Assembly (NCBI GenBank): GCA_041666425.1
Contig: JBAYHA010000001.1
Coordinates: forward strand, 1-58,812
Direction: 5' to 3'
DNA length: 58,812 nt
Origin: Patescibacteria group bacterium
Lineage (GTDB): Bacteria > Patescibacteriota > Patescibacteriia > UBA11705 > JABHMO01
Part shown: positions 52,223-58,812 of the stretch, piece by piece
Layout of the letters: each line of letters starts with the position of its first letter
Position numbering within the stretch: the first letter of the stretch is position 1
Made by a program: the position numbers and the translations under genes
The notes under the pieces: model-generated
Database searches by the model: none
The model's input: only the letters and a program-made list of their open reading frames with translations
What the model was told of the DNA's origin: nothing

Positions 52223-54001
52223 TTACTTAACTTCTTCATTATACCCCATTTTTTTCTGAAACTCCAAAGTGGCCGCAATATTGGAAGCTTTTAACAATGA
52301 ATCAAAGGTTCCGGCATCATACCAACGACCATGAATTTTGCGCACATCCAACTCACCACTTTGCAAATAAGCTTTGTGCACTTCGACAATATCCGTCTCC
52401 GGTCGCCAAATCGGTTTGATCTTTTTGGCAATTCCACAAACGCGACTATCATAAATATAAACACCCGGAATCGCATAATGACTTTTTGGTTCTTTTGGTT
52501 TTTCTTCAATGGAAACAACTTTCATTTCCTTGTCAAACTCAACCACACCAAATCTCTCCGGATCCGGAACATCCACCGCAAAAATCCGTCCGCCTTTGTC
52601 AAAACTCTTGATATCTTCGGAAAAATTATGATCAAAAAACAGATTATCCCCCAAAATCAACGCAACATTGTCTTCACCGATAAATTTTTCGCCGATGATA
52701 AACGCTTCCGGCAAACCTTTTGGTTCATCTTGAATTTCATAAGTGAATTTGGCGCCGAACTCTTTGCCCGAACCAAGCAAATGCAAATACTGACCAGCAT
52801 ATTCGGGCGCGACAATAATCAAAATATTTTTTATCCCGGCGTCAAGCAAAGTTTGCAACGGATACATAATCATCGGCTTGTTATAAACCGGCAAAAGTTG
52901 CTTGCTGGTTATTCTAGTCAATGGGTAAAGTCGTGTTCCTCTCCCGCCGGACAAAAGTATTCCTTTCATACTTTTTTCCGAATTTATTTTTATTGAAAAG
53001 CTTATCTTTTTTTCTTTTAAAATTTCATTATCTTGTTTTTCCAATTCTGGATTCTGAATTCTGAATTCTGAATCTTTTATATTTTCTTCCTTTAATTCTA
53101 AATTCTGAATCCTTAATTCTTCATTCTTAATTCTTAATTCTAAATTCTTATACTCCTTTATTTCTTTTAAAAAATCCGTCAGCGCCTCTTGCCACGGACG
53201 CAAATTTTTTACTTTGGTGTTCAGCAAAACAGAACTAGCCGGCCTTTTGGCAGGACGAGGAAATTGAGCGCCGGAAACAGGATTTAAAACTAAATCACGT
53301 CCGGCTTGAAGAAAAATTTCTTGCGCAAATTCAAACCAAGTGCAAGCTCCGGCATTGGTCAAATGATAAATTCCCGGCAAATAGTTGCCACTCATAATTA
53401 ACTCTTTGGTCGCCTCGGCCAAATCAACAACATAAGTCGGTGAACTTTTTTCATCATGGACAACATCAAGTGAATCTTTTTCTTTTGCCAATTTTAACAT
53501 TATTTCCACAAAACTTTTTTTGGCGCCCTGCGCATTACCGGCCGGACCGAACAAACGCGAGGTTCTGATAAGGTATGAGGCATCATTATGTTCGGAAATT
53601 TCTTCACCGAGAAACTTGCTTTCGCCATATTTGGAAACAGGATTTGGCAAATCATATTCACGATAACCATCTGTTTTGTCTCCGCTAAAAACATAGTCCG
53701 AACTGTAATGAACAAAAACAGCGCCAACTTGCTGAGCGACCTTGGCAATATTAATTGGCCCATCGACATTAACCGCCTTGGCCAACTCAAAAATTCTTTC
53801 CGCTTCATCAACGGCATTAAAAGCGGCTGAATTGATAATCAACTCCGGTTGCAAAAATTTTATTTTATTTTCCACTTCTTCGTAAACGGTAATGTCAATT
53901 TCTTCTTTGTCCCAAAGAGTCAATTCATGTTCTTCACTTTTGAAAACCTTGGCCAAAGCATTACCAAGCATTCCTTTGGCGCCGATGATGAGAATACGCA
54001 T
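52223..54001 (-). CDS. rfbD-rfbA: Single ORF joining dTDP-4-dehydrorhamnose reductase (RfbD, N-terminal) and glucose-1-phosphate thymidylyltransferase (RfbA, C-terminal) through a repeat-encoded linker
   Basis: RfbD: MRILIIGAKGMLG ... YSSDYVF ... SKYGESK. RfbA: canonical N-terminus MKGILLSGGRGTRLYPLT begins at the in-frame ATG at 52969. No stop codon between them. Confidence 0.8.
   Translation of the reverse strand: MRILIIGAKGMLGNALAKVFKSEEHELTLWDKEEIDITVYEEVENKIKFLQPELIINSAAFNAVDEAERIFELAKAVNVDGPINIAKVAQQVGAVFVHYSSDYVFSGDKTDGYREYDLPNPVSKYGESKFLGEEISEHNDASYLIRTSRLFGPAGNAQGAKKSFVEIMLKLAKEKDSLDVVHDEKSSPTYVVDLAEATKELIMSGNYLPGIYHLTNAGACTWFEFAQEIFLQAGRDLVLNPVSGAQFPRPAKRPASSVLLNTKVKNLRPWQEALTDFLKEIKEYKNLELRIKNEELRIQNLELKEENIKDSEFRIQNPELEKQDNEILKEKKISFSIKINSEKSMKGILLSGGRGTRLYPLTRITSKQLLPVYNKPMIMYPLQTLLDAGIKNILIIVAPEYAGQYLHLLGSGKEFGAKFTYEIQDEPKGLPEAFIIGEKFIGEDNVALILGDNLFFDHNFSEDIKSFDKGGRIFAVDVPDPERFGVVEFDKEMKVVSIEEKPKEPKSHYAIPGVYIYDSRVCGIAKKIKPIWRPETDIVEVHKAYLQSGELDVRKIHGRWYDAGTFDSLLKASNIAATLEFQKKMGYNEEVK
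53043..53150. repeat. Heptamer array (AATTCTGAATTCT / AATTCTTAATTCT) inside the rfbD-rfbA linker
   Basis: Translates as KNLELRIKNEELRIQNLELKEENIKDSEFRIQNPELEKQ. Same heptamer family as the intergenic arrays. Confidence 0.8.
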
Positions 54002-54002
54002 A

Positions 54003-54161
54003 TTAGGGAGTTTTTAAAGTTATCCCGAAGTGATCCCTTCGGGAAAAGTTTATAAAGTTTTTGACTACGAAACTACGAAATTAAATTACTTTTTGCTTCT
54101 TGCTTTTTGCTCCTTGCTCAGTTGCTTGCCCTTCCGTAGCTCGCAGAGCGAAGGAGGGCTC
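54003..54161. repeat. Modular intergenic mosaic: AAAGTT units, CGAAGTGATCCCTTCGGG, ACGAAACTACGAAATTAA, and a 48-nt GC-rich core
   Basis: The core 54114..54161 is identical to 57961..58008. The module order is the same as at 57842..58008. Confidence 0.85.
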
Positions 54162-54321
54162 TGTTGAATTTTACCAAACCACCACCTCAAAGTAAAGCTG
54201 ATTTTTCCACTTATTATAAATAAAAAGACACAAAAAAATAAAAAGTCAAAAATATTTAAACAAATAAAAAAGGACGGTTTGACCGCCCTCAAAATTCCTT
54301 TGCTTATCTTTGTCTGGGTTC

Positions 54322-55542
54322 CTAATGTCCAGAAGAATAAATATGCTCAAAAATATCATCTATCGGATCAGGCAAACAAAAATATTCATCGTAAGGAAAA
54401 CCGTAAACTCGCCCCAACGAAGTGTCCATTTCCGCTGCCCACTCAGTATATTCAACAAGACAACAAGCAAAAGTATGAAGCCAAGCTCTCCGAGTTTTGA
54501 CTGGCAACTTGGCAAAATTTTTGCCGAGTTCATTGACAATTTCCTCTGTCAAATCAGAAAATTCCACATTATCCACCAAAAAAACATTCCACTCATGCAA
54601 AATTCTGATTTCATCAATATAAGAAAATTTTGCAGTTTTTTTAGTCTTTTCAATAATTCTCAGCAATCGTTCTTTGTAAGCATCACGTAGTTCAACCATC
54701 TTGCCAAAATCATGTTCGCCATAAGGTGATTCATTATTTTGCGAATTGGCAAACATGCGCAAATGTTCAGCCATGGTATTACCATCCGGTCGCTCATTGC
54801 GCAAAAGTGGTCGCATATGCTTGGCATAATCAACATCAAAGAAATTTTTGCCATCAAAATCCTTATGTGGGTGAACCAAGGTCAAATAGTGTCGGCCAAC
54901 AAAAGCTGGGCCATTGGTATCCAATCGATCAACCCAACGAGTTGTCCAAACTGGATAAAAAGGTTTGCCGTCAGGATAAATATCCACGTACGGATTGATA
55001 ACATTCACCACTTCGCCTTGCTCATTTTTGATCTCGATTCTTTTCAAATAATGAGTATGCGCAAAGATGCAATACACAATCAAATGCAATTCGGCTTTAT
55101 TTACAAAACCACTTTTCTGCAAAATCCACCGAATCAACAAACCTCCGGCTTCGGCATGCCTGACCACGCGAGAAGAATCGGCATACCGATCAATAATGGC
55201 GCAACCAATGTCGTGCAAACAACCACCGACAAAACCGATAAATGTTTCCTCCTCCGTTATTCCCAAGTCAGGGAAAAGTCGCAAAGCATTGGCATAATCA
55301 CGAATCAAATGACCGGCACCATGCCCCGGATAAGTTGCTTTGATATTAAAATCTTGCTCGCACAACTCGTTCAAAACATGACGAACAACCGATACCCCTT
55401 CGTCAATGGCACTCGTTCGAGATTTAAATCGTCTCACTTTATCCAACAAACCAGGATGAAACTTATCGCGCAATTCCGCGACTTCATTTCTGGCCCATTC
55501 CGAATCATTTTTAATCTCATTCAACAATTCTTGAAAATCCAT
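54322..55542 (-). CDS. HD-domain (metal-dependent phosphohydrolase superfamily) protein
   Basis: GHGAGHLIRD ... GGCLHDIGC (H...HD). GGAGGTG RBS precedes the ATG at 55542 (MDFQELL). Higher GC than the flanking rfb genes. Confidence 0.7.
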   Translation of the reverse strand: MDFQELLNEIKNDSEWARNEVAELRDKFHPGLLDKVRRFKSRTSAIDEGVSVVRHVLNELCEQDFNIKATYPGHGAGHLIRDYANALRLFPDLGITEEETFIGFVGGCLHDIGCAIIDRYADSSRVVRHAEAGGLLIRWILQKSGFVNKAELHLIVYCIFAHTHYLKRIEIKNEQGEVVNVINPYVDIYPDGKPFYPVWTTRWVDRLDTNGPAFVGRHYLTLVHPHKDFDGKNFFDVDYAKHMRPLLRNERPDGNTMAEHLRMFANSQNNESPYGEHDFGKMVELRDAYKERLLRIIEKTKKTAKFSYIDEIRILHEWNVFLVDNVEFSDLTEEIVNELGKNFAKLPVKTRRAWLHTFACCLVEYTEWAAEMDTSLGRVYGFPYDEYFCLPDPIDDIFEHIYSSGH

Positions 55543-55815
55543 AATCACCTCCATTTCGCCATCATTGACGAAAAAAAATTATTTTTAAAAGAACCTGAAG
55601 TTAATTTTTAACTTAAAAAACTTTTTCTGTCAATAAAAATTTGACGAATAGAAAATAAAATTGCGTTAAATTTGACATCAATAAATATTATGTGTTTAAA
55701 ATTGCTTTTTTGCAAAAAATATTGTCAGCTATAAACAATTTACAAAAAATTTTTCTTGATTTCTTTTGCCAAAAGAGGTAAGGTTTTATTGCATAAAAAT
55801 AAAACAGAAATAAAT

Positions 55816-56826
55816 ATGAAACTTCTGATAACCGGTGGAGCCGGCTTTATCGGTGCCAATTTTATCCGCCACATTTTGCAAAAATATCCGCAATATTTTG
55901 TTATCAATTACGACAAACTGACCTATGCCGGAAATTTGGAAAATTTGCGCGATATTGAAAAGCAAAACAATTATCAATTTGTCAAAGGAGATATTTTGAA
56001 CACCGAATTAGTTGAATACATCGCCAAAGATTGCGATATTATCGTTCATTTTGCGGCCGAATCTCATGTGGATCGTTCCATCATTGATCCTTTTTCTTTT
56101 GTCCGAACAAATGTTCTCGGCACCCACTCGCTTCTCGAAGTCGCCAAAAAATACAACATCAGATTCCATCACATTTCTACGGATGAGGTTTTTGGCTCTC
56201 TTTCTCTGGAAGATCGTAACAAATTTTTTCACGAAGAATCCAATTATGACCCGCGCAGTCCATATTCTTCGTCAAAAGCGGCCTCGGATCATTTGGTCCG
56301 CGCTTATCATCATACTTATGGTTTGCCAATAACCATTTCCAACTGTTCCAATAATTATGGCCCGTATCAATTTCCGGAAAAAGTTATCCCGCTTTTTATC
56401 ACCAACATCATGGAAGGCAAAAAAGTTCCACTTTATGGAGATGGCTTGAATATTCGCGATTGGATTCATGTCAAAGATCATTGCGAAGCCGTTGATTTGA
56501 TTATTCACCAAGGTCAAATCGGCCACACCTATACTATTGGCGGAAATTGCGAAAAAAACAACAAAGAACTCACTTATTCAATTTTGCAAAATATGGGGGT
56601 TGGTGAAGAAATGATTGAATTTGTCCAAGATCGCGCCGGACATGATCGCCGTTATGCCATTCGCAGTCACAAAATACAGGCCGAATTGGGTTGGAAACCA
56701 AAAACAACTTTTGCCGAAGGCATCGCCCAAACAATTCGCTGGTATGTGGATAATGTAGAATGGTGGAAAAATGTAAAATCCGGAGAATACGAAAAATATT
56801 ACGAAAAAATTTATCAAAAAAAATAA
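55816..56826 (+). CDS. rfbB: dTDP-glucose 4,6-dehydratase
   Basis: MKLLITGGAGFIGANF, catalytic YSSSKAASD, and the full RmlB pattern. The ORF opens at a TTG at 55756. Confidence 0.9.
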   Translation: MKLLITGGAGFIGANFIRHILQKYPQYFVINYDKLTYAGNLENLRDIEKQNNYQFVKGDILNTELVEYIAKDCDIIVHFAAESHVDRSIIDPFSFVRTNVLGTHSLLEVAKKYNIRFHHISTDEVFGSLSLEDRNKFFHEESNYDPRSPYSSSKAASDHLVRAYHHTYGLPITISNCSNNYGPYQFPEKVIPLFITNIMEGKKVPLYGDGLNIRDWIHVKDHCEAVDLIIHQGQIGHTYTIGGNCEKNNKELTYSILQNMGVGEEMIEFVQDRAGHDRRYAIRSHKIQAELGWKPKTTFAEGIAQTIRWYVDNVEWWKNVKSGEYEKYYEKIYQKK

Positions 56827-56827
56827 C

Positions 56828-56858
56828 AAAAAAATCTGAGGAATTCTCAGATTTTTTT
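56828..56858. terminator. Bidirectional terminator ATCTGAG-GAATT-CTCAGAT
   Basis: 7-bp stem flanked by A7 and T7, between convergent genes. Confidence 0.7.
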
Positions 56859-56865
56859 GTTCATT

Positions 56866-57423
56866 CTATTCGTTAAAAATATCCCCGATTTTTGTCGCCA
56901 AATCAAACAAATAATTAACATTGATTTTTTCTTTTGCTTTTTCCGAAGGCCACACTTCCCAAACATGCATCCCCGGAAAATTTTCCCCGAAATCCTTGTG
57001 CGCACCGCAAGCATGATATGGTCGAAGCCCTTCCTTTGTTAAAATTTCTTTAATTATCCCATTAAATTTTTGCGTTTCTTTTTCGGTTGAGCTGATAAAA
57101 TAAAAACTAAAATTGCAATGCTGAGTCGGTGTCAAAATGGCAACAGGTCGAATATACTTAATGCGCAAATTTTTGTAAGTTTCTTTTCTTAATCTGTTTT
57201 TTAACGCAAACAGTTCAAAAAACTTGTTCAGCTGTTCACTGATTTCCACCTTTTCACCTCGACGCATTTTTTCAATCACCATTTCATCAAAACTTACGTC
57301 TTTTCTTTTACTTTTTTTGATAAAATTCGCCAAAGATAAAAACATTTTTTCTTCAATTTGCGCAAATTTTTTGTTCGGATATTTTTTTCGTAAAAAAAAT
57401 TCTTTGGCCTTAATTTTGAACAT
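56866..57423 (-). CDS. Hypothetical protein (185 aa from MFKIKAKEFF)
   Basis: The longer ORF to 57585 would overlap the HIT gene. No recognisable motif. Confidence 0.5.
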   Translation of the reverse strand: MFKIKAKEFFLRKKYPNKKFAQIEEKMFLSLANFIKKSKRKDVSFDEMVIEKMRRGEKVEISEQLNKFFELFALKNRLRKETYKNLRIKYIRPVAILTPTQHCNFSFYFISSTEKETQKFNGIIKEILTKEGLRPYHACGAHKDFGENFPGMHVWEVWPSEKAKEKINVNYLFDLATKIGDIFNE

Positions 57424-57433
57424 AGATTTTTCT

Positions 57434-57841
57434 TTATAACAAGGCTTGCTTAATTTTTTTGGCAACCACTTCCATTTCACCGTCTTTATAGGAACGACCC
57501 TGAAAAAGCTCATGCCCATCGCCGTCTTTTCTGGGAACAATATGAAAATGCAGATGTGGGACCACTTGTCCGGCAACCGCACCATTATTCACCGACAAAT
57601 TAAAACCTTCATAATTTAAAGATTTTAAAACAGCTTGCGCAATCTTTGGCAAAACCGCGGTTACTTCTTGCAAATTTTTCGCGGAAATATCCAACAAATT
57701 TTCACAATGTTCCCTTGGCACAACCAAAACATGCCCGGAATTACATGGATTAATATCAAGAAAAGCCACGACCTGATCATTTTCAAAAATCTTGGTACTG
57801 GGGATTTCATTATTGATGATTTTGCAAAATAGACAAGACAT
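57434..57841 (-). CDS. HIT-family (histidine triad) nucleotide hydrolase
   Basis: CLFCKI zinc-type N-terminus and histidine triad VPHLHFHIVPR. Confidence 0.85.
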   Translation of the reverse strand: MSCLFCKIINNEIPSTKIFENDQVVAFLDINPCNSGHVLVVPREHCENLLDISAKNLQEVTAVLPKIAQAVLKSLNYEGFNLSVNNGAVAGQVVPHLHFHIVPRKDGDGHELFQGRSYKDGEMEVVAKKIKQALL

Positions 57842-58008
57842 AAAAGAGTTAAAAGTTTATAAAGTATAAAGTATAAAGTTTGTAAAGTATAAAGTTTATA
57901 AAATATTTTGGTGATTCGAAACTACGAAATTAATTAATGTTCTTATGTTCTTTTGCTCAGTTGCTCAGTTGCTTGCCCTTCCGTAGCTCGCAGAGCGAAG
58001 GAGGGCTC
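57842..58008. repeat. Modular intergenic mosaic: 9-mer AAAGT(T/A) array, TTCGAAACTACGAAATTAA, TTGCTCAG repeats, 48-nt GC-rich core
   Basis: Array 57842..57900 abuts the HIT start codon. Core 57961..58008 is identical to 54114..54161. Confidence 0.85.
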
Positions 58009-58031
58009 AGTTGCTTCATTATTCCTTGCCC

Positions 58032-58604
58032 TCAAATCCCCTTTTTAATAATACTAAAAACCGCAAAAAACAGGCTCAAATAAAGCAGAAGTTGCCCACA
58101 AAATAACAAATTCATTGAAAAATATATTTTACCCAAAAAAATAAGCCCCAGCCCAAAACATTGCAAATTCATTTTTATTTTCCCATAAGTATTGGCTTTT
58201 ATTTCAATGTTTTTGTTTTTTAATTTCAAAAAAACTCCCCCAACAACAAAAAGCATTTCAAAAGATAAAATTAAAATGGTCAAAGTAAAATTTATTTTTG
58301 CCAACAAAACGAGCATGGTTTGACCAATGAGCAGTTTGTCAGCAATCGGATCCCAGACCTTGCCCCATTCGGTTACTTCACCACGCAAGCGAGCCATGGC
58401 TCCATCCAACATATCGGTAAAAGCCAAAAAAACAAAGACAAACAAGGCCGGAAAATAAAAATTACCGACTAATAGCACAACGATTGCCGGAGAAAAGATT
58501 AATCGAAAAAAAGTAACATGATTTGGTTTTAACGCTCGAGGAACGATCGGCAGTAAATAACGTAAAACTCGATCATACGGCGAAAAAACGGCTTGATCTT
58601 GCAT
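58032..58604 (-). CDS. pgsA: CDP-alcohol phosphatidyltransferase family protein (PgsA-like)
   Basis: DMLDGAMARLRGEVTEWGKVWDPIADKL matches D-x2-DG-x2-AR-x8-G-x3-D-x3-D. Polytopic. Confidence 0.8.
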   Translation of the reverse strand: MQDQAVFSPYDRVLRYLLPIVPRALKPNHVTFFRLIFSPAIVVLLVGNFYFPALFVFVFLAFTDMLDGAMARLRGEVTEWGKVWDPIADKLLIGQTMLVLLAKINFTLTILILSFEMLFVVGGVFLKLKNKNIEIKANTYGKIKMNLQCFGLGLIFLGKIYFSMNLLFCGQLLLYLSLFFAVFSIIKKGI

Positions 58605-58627
58605 TTTTTATTTTTATTTTTCTATTT

Positions 58628-58665
58628 GTCATCTCGACTAAGCAGAAAGGCGCATGGAGAGATCT
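58628..58665. repeat. Single GTCAT-family unit
   Basis: gtcatctcgactaagcagaaaggcgcatggagagatct has the same termini as 26053..26079. Confidence 0.7.
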
Positions 58666-58812
58666 TTTTTAAATTCCAAAATCCAATATTATAAACTACT
58701 GCGGTCTAAAGACCGCAGTATTAGCGCTCTTTATCTTGGTTTTTTATATATTCACGAATTATACTCTCCGTAACCGCGCTTAGAGTCGAAACAAAATACC
58801 CGTCTGCCCAAA

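Noticed and set aside
51267-52996. 185-aa (51267..51824) and 221-aa (52331..52996) + strand ORFs
   Set aside because: Both are antisense to well-supported minus-strand genes (a polytopic membrane protein and the RfbA domain). Their translations are K/Q/N/R-rich or Phe/Asn-rich low complexity.
54739-55611. 290-aa + strand ORF (and 54726..54998, 55067..55297) antisense to the HD-domain gene
   Set aside because: The minus-strand ORF carries the H...HD motifs and a GGAGGTG RBS. The + ORFs have no recognisable features and are typical antisense shadows.
58696-58812. Perfect 9-bp hairpin ACTGCGGTC-TAAA-GACCGCAGT and a possible minus-strand gene end (…FGQTGILFRL*) at the 3' window edge
   Set aside because: The hairpin has no adjacent U-run on either strand. 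The putative coding fragment is only about 10 codons before the window ends. That is too little to call either a terminator or a CDS.

Overview
This is an AT-rich (about one-third GC by eye), tightly packed, mostly minus-strand chromosomal segment. Its gene content looks like a reduced-genome Patescibacteria/CPR (Parcubacteria-like) bacterium. That placement is an inference from DUF5667/DUF5663-like secreted proteins, a CxxC-x17-CxxC protein, a membrane-anchored single-ring Clp-like ATPase and a giant coiled-coil protein. Recognisable core genes are uvrA (partial), uvrC, truB, a RumA-type rRNA methyltransferase, an endonuclease III-like glycosylase, fba, tpiA, an M16 peptidase, greA, pyrG, an S41 peptidase, murA, the dTDP-rhamnose genes (rfbD-rfbA read as one ORF, plus rfbB), a HIT protein and a CDP-alcohol phosphatidyltransferase. 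There are also transporters (ZIP, NRAMP, EamA, YibE/F), envelope glycosylation genes, an ECF sigma factor, and tRNA-Thr(GGU) and tRNA-Gln(UUG). No rRNA, CRISPR array, transposase or integrase is visible. Four things stand out. (1) A modular family of short dispersed repeats fills many intergenic regions, supplies start-codon contexts, sits in frame inside two ORFs and interrupts a duplicated tRNA fragment. (2) Three promoter-to-terminator-delimited non-coding RNA units match no class I recognise. (3) Several higher-GC orphan genes or islets carry their own canonical TTGACA-17-TATAAT promoters, including one roughly mid-50s %GC single gene. (4) Several small accessory modules lack a known function: a PIF1-like helicase with a translationally coupled unknown, a Nudix pair with an orphan receiver, a coiled-coil paralog pair with a 42-bp repeat expansion, and a 1222-aa protein operon. 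Every function is inferred from motifs read in the supplied translations; no database search was run.
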